Assembly (NCBI GenBank): GCA_965178125.1
Contig: OZ237735.1
Location: 496,001-560,000, forward strand
Reading direction: 5' to 3'
From: Bilabrum cf. latius
Lineage: Eukaryota
Length of the DNA stretch: 64,000 bases
Shown: piece by piece, positions 12,701-24,789 of the stretch
Layout: each line of letters starts with the position of its first letter
Position numbering within the stretch: the first letter of the stretch is position 1
The notes under the pieces: model-generated
The model's input: only the letters and a program-made list of their open reading frames with translations
Database searches by the model: none
Told to the model about the DNA's origin: nothing
Translations under genes and position numbers: made by a program

Positions 12701-15700
12701 CACCGCTGAAGGTCGCCGGCTTGGCACGCTTGACAAACAGATGCCGGCAAGTCTGCCCAATGCTGTAATGACAGCCAATCTGCCATCCTGTGAGCTAGTG
12801 GCGGGGCCACCAATAGCACCGGAGACGGGCTCTGTGTTGTGTCCAGACCCATACAACAGGCCAGGCCACACATGAACGCCCTTAATTGAGCTCAAATCGC
12901 CCGTGTCAGGATGTTTCAATGGCGTAAAGCACTTGTATTGTGGCTTGAGTCTGCCCCTGCGAACATTCCACTCTATCCAGTACTGCAACGGTGTCGGGCT
13001 GATCACCATCTTGATGATGCTGCTCCAGTCGTATTGCACTTGGCTCAGGTCGATTTCGTTTACTTCAGACCATGAAACGCTCTGCACCAGCTACATACCC
13101 ACCTTGTCACGATACATGTGTCCACGAGCCCTCGTTGAGTCTGGTTTCAAACGCACTTGTGATTTTTGCTTCTCCTTCTTACGTAGGATGGCAAAATACG
13201 CCTGGACTACTCGCTCGTCATACATGAACGGGGCATGGCAACTCATCATTGCCGTTATGGTAGCACCAAAGGAGTAGATGTCGACAGATCGATCGTACTG
13301 GCGACCACGGAACACTTCCGGGGCACAAAATCCGATGGTGCCCTTCAAGCCAGACACTCTCGCATTGGGTGCAACGTACGTTGCCTCGCCAAAGTCTCCC
13401 AGCACAGCCCGCACCGAGCCCGAATCCTGCCTTGTGAGGAAAATGTTGTTCGGCTTGATGTCGCGATGCACAATATTAGCCCTGTGGATGTGCTCAATAG
13501 CGATAGCGATGTCGTGTAGAAGCTTAATGCGTGTGCGTAGTGTGAGCCAGGGGATGCTTGATCCCTTGCCCATCGATCTGTGCATGCCTCCAAGAGTTTC
13601 AACCTTTGGAAGAGGGTCTAAGCTTACCATATCAGACCTGGACTTTGAGCTCAGGTCCAAGGGGACCATTGAAGGACTCTTGGCCTCGCTAGCAGCACCG
13701 CTTGCTCCGCTCGTAAGCGCCGGTGCCTGTCCTCGTTCCCACTCAAAATGCTTCACAAGCACGTTTTTCAACGTACCAACCTCACAGAGCTGCCATAATA
13801 AAGAAACATCGTTGCCTTCCACAGCCCAGCCAAATGACCGCACAATGTTTGGGTGCGACAGCCGCCAGACTATCTCGTGCTCCGTTAGAGCAATCTTGAT
13901 ACGCCTCAGCAGCATCATCATACTCGCTGAATTCGCAGTGCCCTGAGGAGGGGGCTTGAAACTCTTGATAGCAACTGGCAAATGACCCATGGTTCCTCGA
14001 TACACTATTGCATAGGTGCCTTCTCCGATGCCGTTGAGGAGGTTGAATTGCCTTGGGTCCACAGCCGATTGCATTGCCTGTAGGTTGTCCAGCACCTGCT
14101 GCCGAACCCTGTCCAAGTCATGCGGCCGACTCTGCGACTTCTACGAGGATATGACAGAGTTTGGAGGGCCAGGCAACCGCCTAGCTGAGTTAGGCATCCT
14201 CTTCTACGACTTGGTGAGCAGTGCTGATCCGCTCTACCGTCTTCGCAGGCTCGCTCGACCAGATGGTGCATCTGCTTGTTGAGCTGTTGGTAGGATGCTT
14301 GACTTCTTAGATGATCTTTCGGAGTCTTGCTGGCGATGCCGCGGGGATCCAGCACGGTGCGATCCTTTGCTTCCACTAGCAGCAGTGACAGACTTCCTGA
14401 TGTTGCTCGCCTCGGTTACCTACTATGGCGCCTGCAGCCCCTCCTTGCTCTTGGGCACGTCAGACGTCTTGGATCGTCGCATCTTTGGAGGGCTCACGGA
14501 GGCAGCGTTGGCAATTGCAACCTCTGGCATCGCAACATTTGCGTCCGAGGCTCCCATGGTTGAGTTGTCTGCACGAGACATCTCGAACCCTTCCGTGTGC
14601 TGTCTCGACCGTGAATGCTGGTGGTGTAAGCGGCTGCTTCTGAACATGTCTGTGCGCCCAGAGGTGCCCGCAGCAGGCGTAGAAGGAGTTGCATCAGAGT
14701 CAAGATCAACGCTCATGTCGTGGAGCATTCCGATCAAGTCTGCAGCTTTGGGCCTTGCCTCCGGAATAGTGGCAAGGCACTCCATGGCGAGGCGGACGTA
14801 TGCCGCAGACACTGTGGCTCGCTTGAACTGCTTCCAGTAGGCTCTTACCGCCTAGGCAATCACAGTGGTACCTCCACCGGCATACTTTCGAACTGTCTCC
14901 ATCGAGCAGCCAAATGCCATCTCCACCATGATTGTACCGAAGCCATAAATGTCTTGGCTGGCTGTCGGCTAGATCGACTCCAAGTGTGCGGCACCTGCAG
15001 CTGGAGCCCCCGCACGAAGCGCTCGACAATGCTACGCAAAATTGCACACTTCCGGCGCCAAGCAGCACCTTCTTGTTGTGGCGAGGGATACAGCTGCAAG
15101 CTAGCAGCTTGCAAATATCCGCGCATCTCGCACTTGCGTGCTGCCTACGTCACCACAGCACAGCGCAGGCGAGCTGGATGCTGCCATATGTACAGACTGC
15201 TTCATGAGCACCTTTTCAACTACTTCGTTCGATGAAGATATTCCGACAGGAATAGGCACGTCAAACACATGCACGGGTAGGTGGTGGCCCTCCTCCTTCC
15301 CAACCTCGGTGGACCAAAGCAGCGAAAATAAAGAGGAGTGGGAACCATCACCATCCGTGCTGTTATCGTAGTCTTGCACCTTCATTGCTTCATTCGCAAT
15401 CGCAGCCGTGGTTGTTCCCGATCTTGCCCCCACCCCAGAGAGCAATGATCTCGAAGGAGTTCTTGGCATCGGCACCCGAGCACGGCTCCCTGCGCGGCTG
15501 CCTGCGGTGTCGCCAGCAACAGCAGCTCCAGATTGCACTAGCATCATGTGTGTCGACTTGCTACCACCCTTGGTACGCTTGGCATCCTTCCGACTGCTAG
15601 CATTACTAGCTTTAGCGCTCGCCCACGGCTTTCCATACGGACGAGGTGACTTTCCCTCGGCGCGCAGCCTGCCGAGCTGCTCGCCAAACAACGTCTACGC

Positions 15701-18700
15701 TATCCTCTCGTTCAACCCAGACTCGCCCTTTGGCAAAAACCACGCCGAATTCTCGCTGCACTCAATGTGATCAATCTGTAGGCCCTATACTTTCCACGGT
15801 TCGCTGGGGTCGAATGAACGGATGCCCCGGACTGGGTCCTTGTGACCGGCAGAACCGTGCGCCAGCTAAAGCCCGAGACGTTGCAATGCTCCCTGCATGC
15901 GAAGACGTAACGCCGCAACGTGAAGATTTGATATGCGGATGCTAACGTTGTCCTGCTGGAGAATAGCGTCTGTTGATATACTGCCATGAATAACAGGTGG
16001 CTCGAACGAGTGCAAGTGAGCCAAGCCTGAAGCGATCTAGTGAAGGATCTGCAGCCGCCCAGCACTGCCAATCTAAAATGCCGCTCCTGGTGACTGCCTC
16101 CCCTAGTCATCGACCTCATTCATCGAAGCTTCCACTGCAGAGTCCTGCGCTGCGTGGTGATTCATGCGAGACAATTGCTGTGACCAGCCAAGCTCAATCA
16201 CGGACGGAATGCGGGAGCTGCGCGGACCCCCATCGGATCCTACCACCGAACCGAACGCAGGATGGCTCAAGTTTCGCATGAGGGCAGCAGTGTCAAGCTG
16301 CACCTGTCGCGTGATCATGAGACCGACTCGCACCTGCAAGGGAGATAAGCTGCTGAACAGTGCTTGCGAGTAGCGAGCTAGATGTGAGCACCGCAGTCGC
16401 TTGACCAACGTATCGGTGCTCCTTGGTACCGCAGGCTTGGAGCGTTTTTGCTCCTGCTCATCAGCTGAGGACAGCTCAGCTTCAAATTCTGAATCTGTCA
16501 CAGCAGAGCGGTTACGACTGGTGCGAACACCGAAGCTGGAGTCTCGGCTGAGCTGCGGTCCCATCGCGACCCTGTGGGCGTCGGACGCATTCGTATTGGA
16601 TCCTAGCCCACGTGGGCTGCGGCCGCCCAGTCCAGCCATGAGATCCTTTTCTGCAGCCGAATTTCGTCCGTATCTCCCACCTAGCGATACCTTGAATTGC
16701 CGCAGCACAGCAATCTGTCGGTCTACGAGCCATGGTCCATCGCCCTGCTCGTCTAGCGCCTCGGAAGTGCCAAAAATTCGCCCAATGCTCGCAATCAAGC
16801 CAAGGCCAACGGATCGAAAACACACCTAGCTATTGGTCGACTCATCAACTGCAGGAACCCACACAAATGGGGGGTGGTGCTCTGGCAGGTTGGCGGTGCG
16901 AGCTAGGTGCACAGGCCCCATTGCCTCGCTCCCACTCCCAGAGGGTCGGGTAAGGATTGAATCCTCATCTGAAAGGGTTTTCTGCCACAAATACTCCTGC
17001 TATATGCTACTATTCCCATAATCTGGGCCTGGATGCTCCTGGCTTGTGCCTACTGTGCGCCGCCGCGCATAGGACTCGCAGTGGACGAGAGCCGCTTCGA
17101 GGTACCCAAAAACGGGGTGAGAGCGGCTTATGTCACGAGGGTCTTGAAATACCACCGTTTCCCTTGTAATCTTGTACGTTGACATGGATGCGGGGGATAT
17201 TGCATTGGGTCTCGGCCTTAAGAGCCCGACGAGCGGGAGGCCGAACAGGTGCCCTCCTTGACCACCGCTGGATAGTGCCAGCCGGAACATGCCCTCCTCT
17301 TTATCCATCCACATGCGGTGGGGCCGCTGTGAATCAGCCTGCCATGCAACACCCTGCCCAAGGTAAGGCACCATTGCCACTTCGCTTGAGTCCCGAGACC
17401 TGCTCTGTCCCCATAGGCTGTTTACAATGCCCCCTTCGTTGCGGCGAAGGCCAGTGGTCAATTTGCGGGCGGTGCTGGGCTATGTTTCCTCCCGCTGCGG
17501 CTCCACGCCGTTGACTTGTTTGGTCCCCAGCAAACCCTCCTCGGGATCAGTGTCCGATACGTCCATTGCGATGTGATCGCTATCGCTCACGCTCGAGCTT
17601 GCCATGCGATTCTTCCGAATTCCAGCAGTCGTCATGTTCGCGCGCGGTGCTGCGTATCGATCGGCTGCCGCCGCTGCCGCCCCCGACGGAACGCTAGCAA
17701 CCTTTTTGTGCTACTGCACTGCCTGCTGTCCATGGGGTATAGTAGGAGCAGTGCCGCTTGCTAGCATCCGCGCCCCTGCACTGCTTGCGCTTGAGATGGA
17801 GGTACGCTGTCCTGAGGAGCCCCCTGGCCCCCCCTCATGATGGCTGCCCGAGGCTGTCGGTGGCGGCCGATCCGACTAGGGGATCATGATGGTCGGATTG
17901 ACGAACACTGGAAGAATTGAGGGCTTGCCGCGGCCTTGCCTGCCACCCGGCGCTGCTGTGCCAGGCTGCTACGCATTGCTTTGGAGCTCGGTTGGCGCCC
18001 GCCAGGGGCAACAAGTCGGCTTGACACCGATCAAGCAGGAAATGAAGCTATTGCACGAGTCGGTCGGCTCCACGAGCACTATCCGAAGGCCGTTGCTCCG
18101 CCCGGATCGCTGATCTCTGAGCTGCGCAAGGTGCAGCTGCGTCCAGCGAATGGTGTCGTGGGCTGCATTCATGCGCACCCCGACCGTGGCAACGAGGGCG
18201 TACCCAGTCCATAAAGAAATCCAAACCGGATGTGGAGCCTCACTCCAAATGTCCGCGTAATGTATGCAATGCAACACCGCTGTGACAGACCACAGCAGCA
18301 CGGACCCCAAGTGCGAGTAGGTCGACTCCACCGGTGGAAGGCGCAAGGCCGGGACTGTATTCACAAGCACAGAGGCAAGGCTTGTGACAAGCTAAACGAC
18401 AGTTATAAGCGGGAAATGAGAAAATCGCACTATGGGCTCGCTTGCAATCTTGTACTCTTCTCGAGCGTCCGCTGTGGCATGGTCAAGCATCCTATCCTGC
18501 ACCTTGACGAACTGCCCCGACCGATACTGCCCTAGACCCAGAACGGCGGATCCATATATTGCGCAAACAAATACTGCGTGAAGCCCCCAGTGCAAGATCA
18601 GAATTGTGAATGTTGTAAGCTATCGGTTGGTGCAAGCAAGCAGCGCACATCCAACGAAGAAGCACAAATGTACGATACCTTGGACAGCCAGCGACGCCAC

Positions 18701-18943
18701 GAGATTAATCCAAGCGCCACTACTGTGGTCTCCAAACAATGGGTCGGTTTGCATCTTCCAAAGTGCCAGAAAAACCCACGGGAAGATGGCGAGCAAGGCT
18801 AGTATCACCGCTGTCACTACAAGGCGAATTCTGGAGCGAGTGCGCTCTGCAATTGCCATTCGATCAACATCAGACCTAAGACTCAGATCAATTGGTAGTC
18901 CTGTCGATGCCGAGACGAGTAATGCTACGCCATGTTGGCTCAT
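9713..18943 (-). CDS. Giant (~3,076 aa) membrane protein: ~6 N-terminal TM segments, insert-rich pseudokinase, intact TKL-like kinase, long C-tail; ~38 in-frame TAG
   Basis: One frame from ATG 18943 to TGA 9713, interrupted only by TAG. Hydrophobic segments at ~18150-18830. Pseudokinase motifs ILH*IASGLAHLHSFEPPVIHGS, LAPE, SQDIYGFG, PEARP. Active kinase at 13091-14116 with GEGTYAIV, VAIK, HRDIKPNN, DFG, APE, DIYSFG. Confidence 0.75.
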
Positions 18944-19345
18944 GATGGCGCCAGTTGACAGACGCGACGGAACCTTTTTCTGTCCGCACGAGTACTCTTT
19001 CTCTGACCGTTTTGTTAGGTTGCTATGCAATGAACGTCTAATTTGTTGTAACCTGTAGCAATTTTCGGTGGTAAACTGTGAAGGAAGCGCGGTTTACGTT
19101 TTGAGTCGCAATTGAAGATGAGCTCGAGAAATTAAAGGGCCCCGACAGGGGAGGGGCCCTCAAAGTCGCCAGTGGTCGCACAGGCACCACCGAGCCCAGG
19201 CAAGAAGAGAACTCGAAGTCTTATTTTCAATTCAAAACCACAAAAAGTCAGCTTGGTAGAGCTATAGCCCGTGCTTGACGACTCTCGCGAGCTTAATGCG
19301 CGGGCAGCTTGCAGCCCCGCTCCACTGCCATATTCTATGGCCGAA

Positions 19346-20202
19346 TCACAGCTCGGCAAGGAACTCCCGCATCGACCCGGCGTTTGGCTTCATGCCCTTC
19401 TTGCCTGGGGACCACCCGTGGGGGCACACCTCTCCGTTCTTCTCGTGGAACTGAAACGCGTCGATCAGACGGAGGGTCTCGTCTACGTTTCGGCCCACGG
19501 GCATGTCATTAATGGAGATGTGGCGGACCTTCTGGCTAGGGTCAATGATGATGAGGCCGCGCATCGCCAGGCCAGCGTCCTCGGAGTCGTCTGGAGCGAG
19601 CACTCCGTACGAGGCGCTCATGCGTTTCGTGATGTCAGACACCAGAGGCAAAGAAATCTTTCCCAGCCCGCCGTCTTTGCGCTCCATAGAGTTCCACTGC
19701 AGCAAGGCGTGCTTGGTGTCCACCGACACCGCGAGCACTTCGGCGTTTCGCTCCTTGAACTTGGACTGAGCCTCGGAAAAGGCAATTGTCTCTGTTGGGC
19801 ACACAAACGTGAAAGCAGCAGGAAAAAATAGCAGCACTAGATACTTGCCCTCATAGTCCTTGAGAGAAACCTGCCGGAATTCATCTCCAAACACGGCATC
19901 AGCTGCGGACACATGGACAGTTGGCAGTTCGAGGCATGTCAAAAAACGCCGATAAAACACTAGTTCCAGCAGATCAGGTCAGCGCACATGCTAAACAGAA
20001 TCGATATTATCACGTCATGCGGATAGCTAGATGCAGACACCCGGCTGATGTCCGGTACGGGGGGCACCTTGCGCACACGGTGGGGCGCAACCTACTAACC
20101 GGTGAACTCGGGCGCGTCTTTTTGGATCCTAGCCGTGCACTGCTCAGCAACTGCATACGCAGCAATACTGGAAGCAACCATCATGGCCAGTGACGCCTTC
20201 AT
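19346..20202 (-). CDS. Typical 2-Cys peroxiredoxin with N-terminal signal peptide (Prx4-like); intron 19903-20099
   Basis: FTFVCPTE, GGLG, GRNVDETLRL and GEVCP motifs. Exon 1 MKASLAMMVASSIAAYAVA..IQKDAPEFT joins ADAVFGDEF through GTTAGT..CGCAG. Ends TGA. Confidence 0.9.
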
Positions 20203-21025
20203 TGTAATGCAGTAGAAAAGTAGAAGGAAAGATGTGGATGCTGTGGACGGCTCCGGATCCGGATCGTGTTGCCGCATGCTGTTGTCCGCCTTCAGCGCAT
20301 CGGCCCGTCCTCAGTAGCATAACCCTACCCACAATCGCCCCCACCCACGCCCCCCCTTCCCCAACTCCCTCTCCATGCCTTCCCACCGCCTGCCTCCTCT
20401 TGACCGCCTCGAACGCCTTCTAAATGCAAGCGCTCTTGCCCCGTTCGTCTCGCACCTACTTGGTCGGCCTACAGGCGACAACGGTCGGAAAGAGAAGCAG
20501 ATTCTAGTGGGACGGCCGCATGGAGGGCACAAGGGCCTCTCATGTGGAAAGGGATTGGGTTGCACACTGTTGTCTGGAAACAGGAGGGGGGGGAGGGGGT
20601 GTGTGCTCGCAGCCGTAGCTGGGTGGGCCAGCAGCGGGGCGGGAGCCAGGTGGCGTGGGGCGCGCTCAGGTGGTGCAGTGCAGGAAGTTGCTCTAGTAGC
20701 GGCGCAACCAAGACGACACAACTTGAAGGGAGTACTGCCAGTGGGGGAGGCTCGCCGAGGAGTGAGGGCTTCCAGGCGGGATACACGTGATCAACGTATT
20801 GGGGACGCAAGGCTGCCATAGCACAGCTAGTAGCTGTAAGTTTGCATGAATGACGGAATCGCAATTGATATGCTCGGCTCGCACCAGCACGGGACAGGCA
20901 CTATCACTGTATTCCTCTGCCAAACGAACGCCTTGCATGTGGCTCGAGCCAGAGTCCCACCCGCTGCACGCGTGACACCTGGCGTCGCCCAGAGCAAGAT
21001 TCCATGCAGCCGCGTTGATATTGAA

Positions 21026-21633
21026 TCACTGCCTGCCAAGCTGCGCCTGGATCTCATCCATCTTCTTGGCCAAGTCGATATCCTGCTTGAGGCAAAAAGT
21101 TGGACGCCAAGGGCTATAGGAAGTATGAATTGAAACCTAAAGCTGCCAATGGAGAGTCTTATGCTTCATTCTCAGTTGCAGATACTGCAGACAGGGACGG
21201 AACATGGTGCACTCACGTTCTGAGACAAGCCTCCGCAGTCATGAGTCGATAGGGTCACATCCACTCTGTTGTAGACGTTGAACCATTCTGGATGGTGGTT
21301 CATTTGCTCGGCAATGAGTGCGGATCTTGCCATGAAGCCCCAAGCCTCATTGAAATCCGAAAACGCGAAAGATCTCTGAATCGCATCTCTGTCCTTCACC
21401 TGTGCGCAACTCGCAACTAGCAGACCAATGTTAATATTACATACGTATAGTTTCGAGAGCACATTTAAAAGCTTCAGAGAATGATTTAATCTCACTTTAG
21501 CCCACTGAGGGACTTGCTTGAGCGCATCAGTCCGCTCAGACTCAGACAGCTTCGTCGGCACCCGGGCAACCGAACAACTGTGGATAAATCGAACAGATCC
21601 TACTTGAGACAAACGAAGTGATCTCCGCAGCAT
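21026..21633 (-). CDS. PCBD: Pterin-4-alpha-carbinolamine dehydratase with probable mitochondrial presequence; introns 21400-21495 and 21083-21216
   Basis: [52 protein letters not shown] signature. Canonical splice sites; TGA 21026-21028. Confidence 0.92.
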
Positions 21634-21761
21634 CGCAGTGGTAACCAGATTAGGGGCAAAAGTTGTCGGTGGCATCAGGCAATTATCGGATCCGAGTCCT
21701 CCATGTGCACGGCACTGTACGTTAATGCCTCTCGATACTTCGGATTTCAAGCAGACCCCGA

Positions 21762-24653
21762 TCACTGCTGAAAATACGGGTGCTTCGATAACCTGCCCTC
21801 TGCATCGATCTGCAGACGGTCGGCGGGCCCGAACTGCAGCAGCCCGAAGAGCAGCTCCTCGCCGCGAGCACCCAGCCCGACAACTGGCTCCGAATCCTCG
21901 TCGTCGTCCTCCCCATCCCCCTGGTTCTCACTGTCACTGGTCCTTGCTCGCGGCCTAGAGCCAGGACTAGAGCTGCCCACTCCCACTCCGCTCGCATCCC
22001 AAACCCCCCTCGCCACCCGCCGCAGGGCCGCCCGGAATGCCGTGAGCCTCTCGCCGTACGAGCCCCCGGCCTCGCACCGTGAGACCGCGTCCGCTACGCC
22101 ACGTCTACGCCCCCCTGGTCTGGCCCTCGGCTTGGCACCAGCCTTGCTCCGGCCACCGCCGCGGCTGCTGGGGCTTGCGTCTGCACTGCCCCCCGCCTCT
22201 CGCACGCATGACACAGAGTCAGCACTTGCCCATTCATCACCGACTCGATCCATTTCTCCCGCATCCATTTCATCCTGGTGACCCGCCGCAGAGTGTGCTG
22301 CAGACCTTGACGCAACCGCCGAAAGCAGCGATGCTGGAAGAGCCACCACAGGGTATTGTATAGCACGATCCCAAGCATTCTATGGTGCCGGCAATCCAAG
22401 GCCTTGACCTAACTTGGATCCAGCGCCAGCGCCAGCATCGAGTCGTCGGTCTCTAGCAGCAGGCGCCCCGTCTGGTCCATGCCGAACGGCAGTGGAGACT
22501 GCCAGCGAATCCTTGGAAACACCAATCGCTTGCAACTGATTTATAACCGGATCCGACGAGTCGTCTTCATCCGAACCCACTGGCAGCTCCTTACTGGCAA
22601 AAAGTACAACCTGGGCGGTCGATTTTGGGCTTTCCTGCTGCTCTGGCCCGGGCAGGGCTGGCAGGCCGTCCCGTGCGCCTGCTGGATCCGCGGCGTCAGG
22701 TGGTTGTATCCTCGCAAGGGCCGTTCCAACGTTGCTAACGTACTCTAGCAGACCCAGCTGTGCGAACTGCCACTCGTCTGCGGTCGATCGAGCGGCACCA
22801 GATTGATCAGACGCAGCCGCTAGCATGTGCTTCAGTTTGCTTGCATTGTCTCGAGCCACCTCCATACGCTACGAAGGCCGTTTGCTGTGGTCGCCCGGTG
22901 TGGACTAAGATGCGCGGCTGCCGCTTCTATCATTTTTGCCTTCTCTGTCCCTGCTATCTCGCCCTGTCTCTGCTTCTGCGCTTGTCCCGGTGCCCACGCG
23001 TGGGACGATGCAGTATGCGCTCAGGCCCGTCATGAGTCGAGCAGCGTCTATCTCCGGGTCCGTCCAGCCGCGCTGCCTGAGCCTCGCTGACAGCCTGGCG
23101 AAGACGCGGTCGTCGGGGTCGAAGAGGTGCTCGGCCGGCACCCCGAGCACCGCTTCCAGGATGCTCACGCCGAGGCTCCAAGAGTCGTAGCTCCACGGGG
23201 CATCCCTGTCGAAGCCAAGGGGGGTGGTGGCACCAAGCCGGACCTCGGGCGGGGCATACTCGAGAGTCTGCTGCTGCGGGGAGGGTGGGTCGCCGCGGTA
23301 CAGCCGCAGCAGGTCCATCGCATCCGAGGGAACAGCCGAGCCGAAGTCGGCTAACCGCGCGTGCATTGTCCCGAGGGAGCCGCCGGCACCGTCGGATCGG
23401 CGCTGCTATGGGGAGGAATGGGAAGAAGAGGTGGTGCCCGAAGCACCGGCCTACGAGGCCGCTTGTTCCCCGGCTGGGGACAGGAGAATGTTTCTAGGCT
23501 TGATGTCTCGGTGCAGCAGCATCCCAGCGTGCGTTTGCATCGCGGCATGAGCCAATACCACCTGCCGAAACACATCAGCCAAGACGGACCCTCCGTCACG
23601 ATGTCTGTGCATGGTAAGCCACGCGCGCGAAGGCCCCACGGCCATGCCTCCACTCGTAGAGCCAGCGCTGTCCTAATCCTCCTCGGCACCGTCGGCAGGG
23701 GGCGATGAGGTGTGCCTGTCGAAGAGCAAGTCGTGCAGAGAGAATCCCCCGTATGACATCGCCAGCCAGAGGTCGCCGGTGCCACTGGCCCCTCTCGACC
23801 GCGCCCGTTCTGACAGCGTGCTATCGGAACAAACTTCCCGAGGCAGTGCCTCCAAAGCAGCCGGTGCATGCAAATTCGTCTCGATACCGCCGCTGCGCAG
23901 AACTGCGGTATACCCGGTCATGTGCATGCCATCGATGGTGGCAGCCACCGTGCAGTACGGTTCTACGAGCTCCTCCGCTGCACCGCCAGAATGGATAGTT
24001 TTTGTTTTGAAAGCCCCGAACAGCCTTGCTACGTGATGCATTCCACAGGCTACAGCTGGAAGTCCTGAGTTGCAGCTGGACCTATCCTGCAAGCTTGCCA
24101 CTGCAGCGACTGCTGCTATGCCGAAGTGGTGTTCACGAAGGCCACTTTGCATTGCAGGGCTTACTATACCTTCTTCATCGTACCGCAGCGATGAGAACAT
24201 TCGTTTCAAAACTACCAGGTGTGGTTCAGTCGGTGCCGAGTCCTACTCAAGCAGTACCTATGCCAGCCACACTTCGCCTTGACCACCTTTTCCAATCATT
24301 GATTGCGTCGCAAAATGTCCAGCTTGCTGATTGGTCCTGCGGGCCTTTCGATGCCCTCGCATTGGCAGCGCAAGCGCAAGCGTTGCAAGTGCTGCTGGTC
24401 GGAATGCTTCGCCAGCAAGCAGCTCAGACCGCGCCGCATCGAGCTGCAACTACGGCTCACAGAATAAAGTCTCTGTGGGAACTACCGCAAGTCTGTTGTT
24501 CCTGGCTCGGTGGGGTGGCGCAATGAGCTACCAGTTGCTGCTGCCGCTATACTCCACCTTCCGCAACAGCTTGAAGCTTGGCGCTTCGGAACAACCGCTC
24601 TGCAACACGGATGCTATAATAAGCACAAGTGCAGCATAGTCGACACGAGTCAT
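21762..24653 (-). CDS. Ser/Thr protein kinase with large inserts and an N-terminal signal-peptide-like segment; ~10 in-frame TAG
   Basis: [64 protein letters not shown] all lie in one frame across TAGs. Start [22 protein letters not shown] at 24653; TGA 21762. Confidence 0.8.
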
Positions 24654-24789
24654 GTGGCGGTGTGAGAGCTAGATTTTCTTGCAAGTCCACCAGCCATCCT
24701 GTTCTTGGTGCAATTCGGAGCAGCCTGCGAGGCTCGGGTTGATGAGTTCAGGAACGCATTCACCGTTCAAAGCTGATCTAAATTCGCAC

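Noticed and set aside
1-19030. TAGs as 3' splice acceptors of tiny introns
   Set aside because: There are no consistent GT donors, and motifs run continuously through the TAG with exactly one residue.
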